Shown piece after piece: positions 9,126-18,723 of a DNA stretch of 64,000 nucleotides. Below the pieces are notes generated by a model that ran no database searches, was not told where the DNA came from, and worked only from the letters and a program-made list of their open reading frames with translations. How positions within the stretch are numbered: the stretch's first letter is position 1; each line of letters opens with the position of its first letter. The translations under genes were made by a program, and so were the position numbers. Origin of the DNA: Bdellovibrionales bacterium (GTDB lineage: Bacteria; Bdellovibrionota; Bdellovibrionia; Bdellovibrionales; UBA1609); the NCBI GenBank assembly GCA_041690295.1, contig JAWLHR010000010.1, positions 1 to 64,000 of the forward strand, written 5' to 3'.

Positions 9126-10718
9126 CGTCCTGATCGCCGTTTGAAGCGATCGCAGAATTTGGTCGCGTAACGAACTGAAGCCATCCGTGAAATCAGGAAC
9201 CTGTAAATCATAGTAGTCATCAGGCGCGATGCCGAATTCTTCAATCATCCGTCCATCGGCGCGCAGGACGATGCCATCGGGAAGTTGGATGTGGTGAATT
9301 CCCAAGGCGTTGGGAAAGCTGATGTCACGGATCAAACCGCCGGCCCCGGCCGTGGGGGTGCCAAACAGGCGGGCGCGATGGTTGTCCTTGAGAACGGCCG
9401 CGAAACTGTCCGAGGCCGACCATGACAAAGAGTCGGTGATTAACAAAATCGGTTTTGTGTAATGAACCGCGTTCGGATAAGGCGTGATGGTCCGAACCCC
9501 AATGCCGAAAAACGGTGGAGAGATTTTTTCGCCGCGGTTCCAGGAGTCGATCAGGTGTTGGGATTCTTCCACCTTGGCGTTCACAAATTCACGATCCACC
9601 GGATAACCGGGAGCGTAGCCGCCGAAAAATCGCCGGGCGCTCTCATCATCCGTCACCAAGGCGGCCAAATCCAAAATGAGGTTCGCGCGACGAATGACTT
9701 CAAGGGATAATTTCTGTTGATAAAGCAGCGGCTGCATCGGCTGGTCTGTTAAAAGCGACAGCAGGGCGTACATGTAAGGCACTTGTCCGCCGGTGTTGCT
9801 GGCGATGTCGATCACAATGGCTTCGCAGGAACTTTGAAAGAGCGCCATCCATCTTTTGAAATCCTCAACCGCGCGAAAGGGATTGCTTACATTAAAGGTG
9901 CCGATTCGGATGTAGCCGTAAAGGCGGCCTTCAACCCGGAACGTGTAAGCGAAAAACGTATCATCCCACGGCGCCATCAGCTCGATATCGCCGAGTTGGG
10001 GAACATAACTGAATTTGGCGTTCAGATTCCATGGGCTGAAACCAGAGCGTACGGTTGGTGATGGCTTAAGCTTTTCTTCGAAATACCGCCACTGGATCGG
10101 CACATTGGTGACGGATCCGTCGGCTTCACGCAAACCAAGAGTGAACGTGCCCTTGGGAATCGGCATGCCCCGGTAACCTTGCCGCACGGTGAGTCGGAGT
10201 TCAGCAAGGCGTTGGGCGGCCATTTTATTTCGGCGCCCATTCCAATCCACAAGGTGAGCGACTTCTTCATCGATCGGCCGCGAGTTGAACGTGACAACCT
10301 CACGACCCACCTGAACCCGCGGATCCAAATCCTGAGAGGATTCGACATGAACGATGAAGTAGCGTCTTTGACCATTGCCTCCGTCCGCGCTGCGGATGGT
10401 GAACGGGAGTTCGGCCCGCTCCGTTGATTCAATCGCCAGTTCCATATGGTGGTCGTGGGCGGACTCCAACAACCCGTAGAGGTCGCGGCGGAACATGAAA
10501 GGATCCGTATAGTCTCCGGCATCGATTCGGGCGCGTATTCGCGCCAGGCGATGATCCACGTCCCATTGGCGATTTTCTTTTTTCCAGTCGAAGAACGCGT
10601 AATTGAGGTCAAATGCGGCACGCACGTTTTCCAAAGTGAGTCGCAGTTGGTCGGCGCTCACAGCGCTCGCGGAATTCGGACCAAGAATGAACGCGACTAG
10701 AATTAGAAAGATTTTCAC
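9102..10718 (-). CDS. Secreted S41-family peptidase with PDZ-like domain (CPAF-like)
   Basis: Signal peptide; HDHH, GYIRIGTF, IDIASNTGG, WSASDSFAAVLKDN, GTPTAGAGG and IEEFGIAPD motifs. Confidence 0.85.
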   Translation of the reverse strand: MKIFLILVAFILGPNSASAVSADQLRLTLENVRAAFDLNYAFFDWKKENRQWDVDHRLARIRARIDAGDYTDPFMFRRDLYGLLESAHDHHMELAIESTERAELPFTIRSADGGNGQRRYFIVHVESSQDLDPRVQVGREVVTFNSRPIDEEVAHLVDWNGRRNKMAAQRLAELRLTVRQGYRGMPIPKGTFTLGLREADGSVTNVPIQWRYFEEKLKPSPTVRSGFSPWNLNAKFSYVPQLGDIELMAPWDDTFFAYTFRVEGRLYGYIRIGTFNVSNPFRAVEDFKRWMALFQSSCEAIVIDIASNTGGQVPYMYALLSLLTDQPMQPLLYQQKLSLEVIRRANLILDLAALVTDDESARRFFGGYAPGYPVDREFVNAKVEESQHLIDSWNRGEKISPPFFGIGVRTITPYPNAVHYTKPILLITDSLSWSASDSFAAVLKDNHRARLFGTPTAGAGGLIRDISFPNALGIHHIQLPDGIVLRADGRMIEEFGIAPDDYYDLQVPDFTDGFSSLRDQILRSLQTAIRTSPGHTDH

Positions 10719-10733
10719 GTGCGGACCTCACAT

Positions 10734-10768
10734 AAAAAGATGGAGAGGTCGTCGGACCTCTCCATCTC
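10734..10768 (-). terminator. Rho-independent terminator of the repeat-peptide gene
   Basis: Perfect 13-bp stem agatggagaggtc/gacctctccatct with a 4-nt loop, followed by a U-run on the minus strand. Confidence 0.8.
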
Positions 10769-10793
10769 AGATTCTCAAATTAACAACTCAAGC

Positions 10794-11225
10794 TTAGTTC
10801 TTGGGAACGAAAGCTTGGCAAGCCCACTCGGGATAGTGCTTCAAGCACTCATCCATGGTGGCGAAGTTTTTCGGAACGAAGGCTTTGCAAGCCCAATCCG
10901 GGTAGTGCTTCAAGCACTCTTGCTCGTTCGAAAAGCTTTTCGGCACGAAAGCTTGGCAAGCCCACTCGGGATAGTGATTCAAACACTCGTCCATGGTGGC
11001 GAAGTTTTTCGGCACGAAAGCTTGGCAGGCCCAAGCCGGATAGTGCTTCAAGCATTCATCCACGGTGGCGAAATTTTTCGGCACGAAAGCTTGACAAGCC
11101 CAAGCCGGATAGTGCTTCAGACATTCATCGAAAGTCGAAAAATTCTGCGGCACCACTTTGTCCGAATCTGAAGCGAAAGCGCTGGAAGCGAAAAGACATA
11201 GCATTACGGAAATGATAAACTTCAT
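10794..11225 (-). CDS. Secreted tandem-repeat Cys-rich peptide (5 x 23 aa)
   Basis: Signal MKFIISVMLCLFASSAFA, GGAGG RBS, five units of consensus VPKNFATxDECLKHYPxWACQAF. Confidence 0.88.
   Translation of the reverse strand: MKFIISVMLCLFASSAFASDSDKVVPQNFSTFDECLKHYPAWACQAFVPKNFATVDECLKHYPAWACQAFVPKNFATMDECLNHYPEWACQAFVPKSFSNEQECLKHYPDWACKAFVPKNFATMDECLKHYPEWACQAFVPKN
10797..11153 (-). repeat. 69-bp coding tandem repeat, ~5.2 copies
   Basis: Units such as cgaaagcttggcaagcccactcgggatagtg recur every 69 nt, in frame. Confidence 0.92.
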
Positions 11226-11449
11226 TAGAACCTCCCCTAGAAGTTTTGTTTCTAAATGTTTTGCTTTTACGTTTTACTAACGTAAAGCGGTTTTTGTTCA
11301 GACCTAAATCTATCGGCAAAGATTTCACTTTTATACATCGTTTCAAAAATTAATTCGTGTGATTCGTTCAAAACTCGGTGCGACATCGAATTAAACTGCG
11401 TAACTTTTAAGCACTTGATGCGACTTAATGATTCAAGTAGTTAACCCCA

Positions 11450-12265
11450 ATGCCTGAACTTCCCGAGGTTGAAAATGTAAGGATCAGTCTTGAGCGCTTG
11501 GGAGCGATCGGGCAGGAATTCGCCGACATTGAACTCTTGAGCCCGCGACTCAGAACACCTTTGAAAAAGCAGGTAAAAACCAAATTGCCGGGTCAAACTG
11601 TCCTCGGAATCCGTCGGCGGGCGAAATATCTCATGTTCGAAACTGAGAAATTCGTTGTTCTCAATCATTTGGGAATGACGGGATCGTGGCGAAAAGTGAA
11701 TTCCGAAAAAGATTTGATCAAACATGATCATGTGATCGTTACATTTCGATCCGGTTTACGCTTGGCTTTCAATGATCCGCGCCGTTTCGGTTTGTTTGAA
11801 CTCATTGAAAAACAAAATTTGGCCAATGCTTTTAAATCCCTGGGTGTTGAACCTCTCAGTGAGGAGTTCACCGGGGATTTTCTTTTTCGCCTGACGCGCG
11901 GACTTAAGGCCCCGATCAAAAATTTCATTATGGATCAGCGACGGATCGTCGGTGTCGGCAACATTTACGCCTCCGAGGCGCTTTACCGGGCGCGGGTGAA
12001 ACCCACTCGTCGCGCCGGAAAAATTAAATTGGTTGAGTGTGAGAATCTGGTCCGCGCGATTCGTGATGTTTTAACCGAAGCCATCGCCGCCGGTGGTTCC
12101 ACGATTCGTGATTATCGCGATTCCAATGGCGACACCGGCCGTTTTCAACAACGCTTTCTAGTTTATGATAAAAGCGGCGAGCCATGCACCAGTTGCCGGA
12201 CGCCCATTCGCTCTAAAATGATCGGTGGGCGAAATACCTATTGGTGCCCCAAGTGCCAGCATTGA
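11450..12265 (+). CDS. mutM: Formamidopyrimidine-DNA glycosylase
   Basis: MPELPEVE, HLGMTG, GVGNIYASE and a C-terminal zinc finger (CTSC...CPKCQ). Confidence 0.97.
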   Translation: MPELPEVENVRISLERLGAIGQEFADIELLSPRLRTPLKKQVKTKLPGQTVLGIRRRAKYLMFETEKFVVLNHLGMTGSWRKVNSEKDLIKHDHVIVTFRSGLRLAFNDPRRFGLFELIEKQNLANAFKSLGVEPLSEEFTGDFLFRLTRGLKAPIKNFIMDQRRIVGVGNIYASEALYRARVKPTRRAGKIKLVECENLVRAIRDVLTEAIAAGGSTIRDYRDSNGDTGRFQQRFLVYDKSGEPCTSCRTPIRSKMIGGRNTYWCPKCQH

Positions 12266-13386
12266 TTCTTCTGATTTACCTCAGTCTTTTTATTTTCAGC
12301 CTGCTTGAAAACACGCGCGGCCCTCTTTATCCGGATATTCTCACCGCCTTTGGCGTGACGTCCGGATTAGGAAGTTTGTTCTTCGCCGTGACCTCGCTCT
12401 TCGCGTTTGTGGGAAGCTACATGGGTCATAAATTTCTCAAACGCCGCTCAAGCGCGAACTTGCTGATTTTGTCGTCCCTTTTGTTCGGTTTTGGATTTGG
12501 GGCGATGGCGGTGGCTCCCCAGTTTTTTTGGCTGATCATCGCCAGTGCGGTTTTTGGTTTCGGATTGGGAAGTTTGAATTTCGCGCAAAATTACGCCTTG
12601 ATCGAGGTCGCGCCCGAACACCTCCGGCGCCGGTTGTTGAATGGCCTTCATAGCATGTATGGCCTGGCGGCGCTTCTTTCGCCCATCGCCGTTTCCGTTA
12701 TGAGGTGGAATGGTTTGGATTGGCGACGGACCATGATGGTTCTTTCCCTGATTCCGTTTCTTTGGGTGGTTCGCGCCTGGCCGGTGTTCAGAAAGCGAAG
12801 AGTCGCGCTTAAGGCCGCGAAGCCGGAGACGGGAGAACTTAAGAATTTCATGGCGGTGTTCGTCTATGCCCTCATGGTGGCCGGCTACTTGTGGGGTGAA
12901 ATCGCTGTGACGACACGCATAGTGTATTGGTTGCGAGTCGATCATGGATATTCGCCCGATGAAGCGAATTTTCTCATGAGCGCTTTTTGCGGATTATTTT
13001 TATTCGGCCGATTGATCTTTTCCTTTGTGCCTTTTTCCCATTGGAGCAATTGGGATTTGTTGCGCTATTCCGCGATCTCGTCCTCGATTTTGATGATCGC
13101 GGGGCTTTCAATTCATCCTTACTTCATGGTGATCTCGGGACTGGCCATGGCGCCTTTTTATCCAGTGGCCATGGATCAAGCGAGTCAGAGCTTTTCGCGG
13201 CAGAGTTCGCAGGCGCTGGGCTTCATTATCGGGTTTGGATCTTTTAGCGTTGTTCTTATGCATGTGACCTTGGGGCAGATCGCTGACTATTGGTCATTAA
13301 CGCGGGCGCTTTTCCTCTGTGCGCTGGCTCTTTTCCTCGTTTTCGCCGGCCTTCAGATCCGCTCCTCGAAACGGCGTTCAGTTTGA
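12253..13386 (+). CDS. MFS transporter
   Basis: About 12 hydrophobic helices; LNGLHSMYGLAALLSP. Start approximate. Confidence 0.8.
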   Translation: MPALILLIYLSLFIFSLLENTRGPLYPDILTAFGVTSGLGSLFFAVTSLFAFVGSYMGHKFLKRRSSANLLILSSLLFGFGFGAMAVAPQFFWLIIASAVFGFGLGSLNFAQNYALIEVAPEHLRRRLLNGLHSMYGLAALLSPIAVSVMRWNGLDWRRTMMVLSLIPFLWVVRAWPVFRKRRVALKAAKPETGELKNFMAVFVYALMVAGYLWGEIAVTTRIVYWLRVDHGYSPDEANFLMSAFCGLFLFGRLIFSFVPFSHWSNWDLLRYSAISSSILMIAGLSIHPYFMVISGLAMAPFYPVAMDQASQSFSRQSSQALGFIIGFGSFSVVLMHVTLGQIADYWSLTRALFLCALALFLVFAGLQIRSSKRRSV

Positions 13387-13411
13387 CACTCCATGGCCTG
13401 ATTTCTATCAT
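13383..13411 (+). promoter_or_regulatory. Putative sigma70 promoter
   Basis: TTGACA-N17-TATCAT, 9 nt before ATG 13421. Confidence 0.65.
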
Positions 13412-13420
13412 ACGGGCTCG

Positions 13421-15319
13421 ATGATCCCGTCATTTTTCAAGATCGGTCTTCAGCGGATCGGCCTTCTTTTGATTGTTTATTTCTTTTGTCGTCTCTTGTT
13501 CTTGGTTTGGAACTGGCCGCAGTATTCAATGTTCCAGGTCGGCGATCTGCTTCGCGCTTTTGTCCACGGCGTTCGTTTCGATCTTTCGGCGATTCTTTTG
13601 ACCAACTCGGTTTTGCTCCTGTTATGGATTCTTCCCGCGCAGGTTTGGCGCTGGAAATGGTTTCAGCGACTGGAACTTGCGCTTTTCGGGATTATCAATT
13701 TCATTTGCATCGGCTCGAATTTTGTTGATGCGGAATTCGTGCAATTCATCGGCAAGCGATCGTCCTATGACATCCTTTTGATCCGGCAGGATCTCCAGCA
13801 ACAGGGTTTCAGCGTGATCTCCACGTATTGGTATTTCCTGCTGGCTTTGACATTGGTGGTGGCGGTTGTCCTTTGGCTTTCGCCGAAGTTCAAGAATTTG
13901 CGTGAACCTCAGGGGCTCGCGCGCCAACTGGGTTGGCGGTTGCTCGTGATCGGACTGATCGTGACCGGAGCCCGGGGCGGTTACCAGTTCAAACCGCTGC
14001 ATCCCATGCACGCTTACTTTTCTAAACATCATCAGTTGGGCCTTTTGGTTTTGAATACGCCGTTCAATGTGATCCGGAGCAAGCCGAGGGGGAGAATCGA
14101 GTCGCAAAGATTTTTCGCCAGCGATAAAGAAGCGGTCGATCATCTCCGGCAAATGACGGAACTGAGCCGTCCACCGCTTAAGCTTTTGCCCAAGGCCAAT
14201 GTGGTGGTGATCATCGTGGAAAGCTTGGCCACTGAGTTCGTGGGGGCGGCCAATCCTTATGACGGATATACGCCGTTTCTGGATGAGCTGGCCAAGGAAT
14301 CTTTCTTTTTTAAATTCAATCTGGCCAATGCCAGGCGATCGATTGAAGGTTTGCCCGCCGTGATTTGTGGAATTCCGGCGATCATGAGCGAACCGGTGAT
14401 CACTTCCGATTTTAGTAATAATCGCTTCGATTGTCTGCCCCGCATTTTGGACCGCGAGGGCTATTCGACTCATTTTCTCCATGGCGCCCATAACGGTTCC
14501 ATGCACTTCGATACGTTTTCACGGATCGCGGGGTTTGAAAATTTCGTGGGCCTCGATGAATACCCCAAGGATAATCCCGAGGATCTGGATCCTTATTGGG
14601 GCGTGCTGGATGAGCCCATGTTGCAATATGCGATCCGCTTATTGGATCAGGAGAAGGATCCCGCTCTGATAAGTGTCTTCACCTTAAGCTCCCATCATCC
14701 CTATTACATTCCGCCTCAGCACCGGGGGAAGTTTCCCAAAGGTCCGTTGGAGATCCATGAAAGTATCGGTTACGCCGATTACGCCATTCGTGAGTTTTTC
14801 CGGGTGGCGAAAACCAAGCCGTGGTTCAACAATACGATCTTCGTCATAACAGGTGACCACACGCAGAAATTCTTTCACCAGGAATACAATTGGTTGCTCG
14901 GCGCTTATCGGGTGCCGCTGTTCATTTACGCCCCTGGCTTAAAGTCTTCTCAGGTCACATATGATCCAGATCGTATCACCCAGCACATTGATATTGTTCC
15001 CAGCATCCTGGATCTGCTGGGCGTGACGGTGGAAGATCGGCTGCTCGTGGGCCAGAGTGTGTTTGACACGGCGAAACCCGGTCGGGCCTATTGTTTTGCG
15101 TCGCCGCTTTATTGGTATGTCGACGATCATCTCTATCTCCATATGGATCGCGCGGGTGGAGTGATCGACATCCAATCCAACAAGAACGGTATTAACGTCT
15201 CGCCCGATCCGGTGGATCAGGAAAAACAAGAAAGTGCGTTGAAAAACCTGAAATCCGTGGTTCATTATCTAAATGAGGGTTTGATTCGCAATAAGTTGCA
15301 TGACTGGAGGAAGGAATAA
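13421..15319 (+). CDS. LTA-synthase family/sulfatase-like membrane enzyme
   Basis: Five N-terminal TMs; NVVVIIVES, TPFLDEL, TLSSHHPY, ITGDH and QHIDIVPSILD motifs. Confidence 0.9.
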   Translation: MIPSFFKIGLQRIGLLLIVYFFCRLLFLVWNWPQYSMFQVGDLLRAFVHGVRFDLSAILLTNSVLLLLWILPAQVWRWKWFQRLELALFGIINFICIGSNFVDAEFVQFIGKRSSYDILLIRQDLQQQGFSVISTYWYFLLALTLVVAVVLWLSPKFKNLREPQGLARQLGWRLLVIGLIVTGARGGYQFKPLHPMHAYFSKHHQLGLLVLNTPFNVIRSKPRGRIESQRFFASDKEAVDHLRQMTELSRPPLKLLPKANVVVIIVESLATEFVGAANPYDGYTPFLDELAKESFFFKFNLANARRSIEGLPAVICGIPAIMSEPVITSDFSNNRFDCLPRILDREGYSTHFLHGAHNGSMHFDTFSRIAGFENFVGLDEYPKDNPEDLDPYWGVLDEPMLQYAIRLLDQEKDPALISVFTLSSHHPYYIPPQHRGKFPKGPLEIHESIGYADYAIREFFRVAKTKPWFNNTIFVITGDHTQKFFHQEYNWLLGAYRVPLFIYAPGLKSSQVTYDPDRITQHIDIVPSILDLLGVTVEDRLLVGQSVFDTAKPGRAYCFASPLYWYVDDHLYLHMDRAGGVIDIQSNKNGINVSPDPVDQEKQESALKNLKSVVHYLNEGLIRNKLHDWRKE

Positions 15320-17010
15320 TGAAAGCGACGGAGTTCTTCCAAGAAGGTCCGGAAATTAAAAACACGTTCACCAGTCATCGATGGCTCAAGGCTTATTTAA
15401 AAAATCGCATCCCCCCTGAGTATTGGCCGGAAATCGAGGCGGATTTAACCCGGCTTGGTGAAAACTGCGCGGGGATGTATTTGACTCTCGCCCGCCAGGC
15501 CGAGCGGGAAAAACCCGTGCATGTGCCCTATGATCCGTGGGGAAAACGGATCGATGAGATCCGGGTCTCATCGGCCTGGGTGGAGTTGCAGAATATTTCG
15601 GCGCGTGAGGGGATGATTCATATCGGCTACAAACGCGCGCAAAAAGAATTTTCCAGGCTTTATCAGTTCGCTAAACTTTATTTATTTCATCCGTCCAGCG
15701 CGTTCTTCACTTGCCCCTTGGCGATGGCCGATGGCGCGGCCCGTGTTTTGGAACTCAACGGCGGCTCGGATGCGACATTAAAAGAAGCGTTTCAGCATCT
15801 CACCACCAATGAGCCGGAAAACTTTTGGACTTCGGGACAATGGATGACCGAAAGGTCCGGCGGAAGCGATGTGAGCGGCACGGAAACGGTGGCGCGGGTT
15901 GAGAACGGTCAGATCCGTCTTTATGGAACGAAATGGTTCACGTCGGCCACCACTTCGCAAATGGCTTTGGCTTTGGCCCGTTATGAAGACTCGCCGCCCG
16001 GTTCACGGGGACTGAGCTTGTTTTACGTGCCGACGTATTTATCCGGCAAATTCAACAACATTCAGATTTTGCGGTTGAAGGATAAATTGGGCACTTGGGC
16101 GTTGCCCACGGCGGAGTTGCAGCTTCAGGGTTCATTGGCTTATCCCGTGGGCGAGCGTGACCAGGGGGTGAAGACGGTGGCGACCATGCTTAACATCACC
16201 CGGCTTTACAATTCCGTTTGCTCGGTGGGGCAGATGGCGCGCGCCTTGGATCAACTGCGGGATTATTCGGAAAAGCGCAAAGTCTTCAGCCGCCCGCTCG
16301 TGGACCAAGTGCTCCATCATCTCACTTTCGGCCGCGAAGATATGAAATCGCTGGCCGGCTTTCTGTTGACGATGGAACTGGTGTACTTACTAGGCCGTGA
16401 AGAATGCGGTGTGGCCACCGCTGAAGAGCAAGATCTGCTGCGGTTGATGACCCCGATTTGTAAACTCTTTACCGCACGTGTGAGCTTGCAAACGGCGTCC
16501 GAGGTGGTCGAAGGATTCGGCGGCGCGGGATACATCGAAGACACCGGAGTTCCCGTGCATCTTCGGGATTCCCAGGTGTTTTCAATTTGGGAAGGCGCCA
16601 CCAATGTTTTGAGTTTGGATCTGATTCGTGTGGTGCAGAAAACGCCGGCTTTGTCGTCGCTGAAAAACAACGTTCGCGAACGAATTAAAAATGTAAAATC
16701 CCGAGAGCTTCAGGACACGCTTAAGAAAGTTTCGGCGCGTTGGAATGAATTGGAGCGATATCTCGGACAGTGGGCGGAGTCGGCCCCCGAAATGCAAGCG
16801 GCGAACTCGCGCGATGTGGCCTTTCATTTGGCTTGGAATTATTCGGTGGCCTTGCTTTTGAGTTGGGCTGATCGTGAGACAGGCGCGAACCAAAAGACAC
16901 TCAACCTTTGGCTGGCCGAAATGGAGTCAGGCATTGAAGTTCCGCGGATGAGAACACCTGAAGAGTGTCAAAACTCCCGACAAGCCTTCACCGCACGACT
17001 AAATATTTGA
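15319..17010 (+). CDS. Acyl-CoA dehydrogenase family protein (AidB-like)
   Basis: CPLAMADGA, GQWMTERSGGSDV, RLKDKLGT and IWEGATNVLSLD motifs. Confidence 0.92.
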   Translation: MKATEFFQEGPEIKNTFTSHRWLKAYLKNRIPPEYWPEIEADLTRLGENCAGMYLTLARQAEREKPVHVPYDPWGKRIDEIRVSSAWVELQNISAREGMIHIGYKRAQKEFSRLYQFAKLYLFHPSSAFFTCPLAMADGAARVLELNGGSDATLKEAFQHLTTNEPENFWTSGQWMTERSGGSDVSGTETVARVENGQIRLYGTKWFTSATTSQMALALARYEDSPPGSRGLSLFYVPTYLSGKFNNIQILRLKDKLGTWALPTAELQLQGSLAYPVGERDQGVKTVATMLNITRLYNSVCSVGQMARALDQLRDYSEKRKVFSRPLVDQVLHHLTFGREDMKSLAGFLLTMELVYLLGREECGVATAEEQDLLRLMTPICKLFTARVSLQTASEVVEGFGGAGYIEDTGVPVHLRDSQVFSIWEGATNVLSLDLIRVVQKTPALSSLKNNVRERIKNVKSRELQDTLKKVSARWNELERYLGQWAESAPEMQAANSRDVAFHLAWNYSVALLLSWADRETGANQKTLNLWLAEMESGIEVPRMRTPEECQNSRQAFTARLNI

Positions 17011-17039
17011 CGCTCAGGACTTCATGAGCGTCAAAGTTG

Positions 17040-17231
17040 TTACTGCATCTTGTGATCTTTGACCCGGGCCAGGACCTGGCAGTTCGGGCAAGAGGCCTCT
17101 TCGCGCAGGCTGTAATCTTCAATATAAGTTTCAACCCGGATGCAGAGTTCGGAGCCGCACAAAGGACAGGTGTTTTGTATTTCGATGAAAGTCTGGCGGC
17201 GTGTTTCGATTTCGGTTTTTTCACGTTTCAT
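17040..17231 (-). CDS. Small zinc-ribbon protein
   Basis: CPLC...CPNC; GAGGGG RBS before ATG 17231. Confidence 0.65.
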   Translation of the reverse strand: MKREKTEIETRRQTFIEIQNTCPLCGSELCIRVETYIEDYSLREEASCPNCQVLARVKDHKMQ

Positions 17232-17364
17232 TCTGTATTCCCCTCGGTGTCGTGGAGCCATACCAATGCAACCCTCGCGCCGTACGGGCATAAGTATTGC
17301 TCTTTAAGTCAGCCTTAGGCCGGGATGGTCATGATGACGATCCGGCATCGATTGGGTGACGTGA

Positions 17365-17814
17365 ATGGTCGCTTGGATTGTAAGTTTTGTATTCCTGGTT
17401 ACCGTAGTCTGGCCGGTCGGCCTTTCGGCATCCACGGCAAAAACTTTGGATTTCACCTTGACCAAAAAACATTTCGAAATTTGCGGCCGCAATCTCGTGC
17501 GCAAGGCGCAGACGTTGACTTACACGTGCGCGATCGAAATTCCGCGGAAAAAAGGTCAAATCGGTGGCGCCATTGCATCGCCCACGACCTTGACCACGGT
17601 GTTCGGCGGGCAAAAGCGCGAAGTGCGTCTGGAGTTGAGCGAGGATTCAAAGTATTTGCTTTTGACCACGGCCTTTGATTCCACCGGCGTCGATTTTGAA
17701 GTCTCGAAATTCAATGACGATTTTTTCGCCGTTTACGCCCAGGTGGCGCAAATCGTGATGAGCGAGGCGTTGAGAAATCACACCGTCAAATTCTCCGTGA
17801 AGACCTCACGCTAA
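17365..17814 (+). CDS. Secreted/membrane hypothetical protein
   Basis: Hydrophobic N-terminus; fills the gap between flanking genes. Confidence 0.6.
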   Translation: MVAWIVSFVFLVTVVWPVGLSASTAKTLDFTLTKKHFEICGRNLVRKAQTLTYTCAIEIPRKKGQIGGAIASPTTLTTVFGGQKREVRLELSEDSKYLLLTTAFDSTGVDFEVSKFNDDFFAVYAQVAQIVMSEALRNHTVKFSVKTSR

Positions 17815-18668
17815 TTGTATCCGGGCGTTTTTGATTCGTAGAAAAACCAAGCCAATCCGAGAAATAATGTGTAATTGAGTTCGCTGCGGAAAAGAGGGCT
17901 TGCGCGATTGGCGGCTCCCGCATGGGAAACCAATCCGAAACCGCCGGATATAAAATAATCCGACCATTCGTAGGTCACGCCGTTCGTCCACCAAGTGCCG
18001 AGATAGCCGGGACCGGCTTCATAGGCCTCGCGTCCGGGGCGCGCGTCTTTGGGTTTCACCGTATAAAAATAGTCCTGATATTCTTTGGAGCCGTATTCAA
18101 GCGTCAGCTTGGTGAAGAACGAAAGTTCGTCGACCAGAAATCTTTTGTGCTCAAAGGAAACTCCGGGGCCGATCACGAACCCGGCGCCTTCATACTTTTG
18201 AAAATCTGTGGTGAAGGCCGCGCGGGTCACGAGATAAACGCGCAAAAGTTGTCCGCGGCGATTGATAATGCGGGCGTAAAAGCGAGGGCCGAATTCTCCC
18301 ATCCAGTCGAGGTCATCCATTCCTTCGCGGGCCCGATTCTCGCTGGATTTGGTGGGAAAGGTGCCTGATCCGCTGACATCGACGGCGAAGACCGGATCCT
18401 CGTGGAGCCGCGCCCGGGCGCCGTCATCGCGATCAGAGCGAAAGATTTTTCCGTGATAGTAAAACACGGGAAAAATCAATTGCCGTGAGCGTGACTGATC
18501 CGAGGCGGGATAGTCGGGCACATAGCCTGTTCCTCCGGCGATCCCGAGTTCAAGCAGCGGTCGCCGCCGCACCTCAACGGAAGTCGTCGAAGTCCCATCG
18601 GGAGCATCAGAGGCGAGCGCGGGGAACATCACAGCGATGAGGGCCAGAACAGCGAACCACTTTTGCAT
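17811..18668 (-). CDS. MipA/OmpV-family outer-membrane protein
   Basis: Signal peptide; PDYPASD, REGMDDLD, YQDYFYTV and NRASPLF motifs. Confidence 0.85.
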   Translation of the reverse strand: MQKWFAVLALIAVMFPALASDAPDGTSTTSVEVRRRPLLELGIAGGTGYVPDYPASDQSRSRQLIFPVFYYHGKIFRSDRDDGARARLHEDPVFAVDVSGSGTFPTKSSENRAREGMDDLDWMGEFGPRFYARIINRRGQLLRVYLVTRAAFTTDFQKYEGAGFVIGPGVSFEHKRFLVDELSFFTKLTLEYGSKEYQDYFYTVKPKDARPGREAYEAGPGYLGTWWTNGVTYEWSDYFISGGFGLVSHAGAANRASPLFRSELNYTLFLGLAWFFYESKTPGYN

Positions 18669-18723
18669 AAAGGCCAGATTCTGCTTCAGACTTTCCCGTG
18701 AGGCAAAGATCTTCGCGTCATCC

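Noticed and set aside
10797..11153. CRISPR array
   Set aside because: The units are contiguous 69-bp in-frame coding repeats with no unique spacers, and no cas genes are present.
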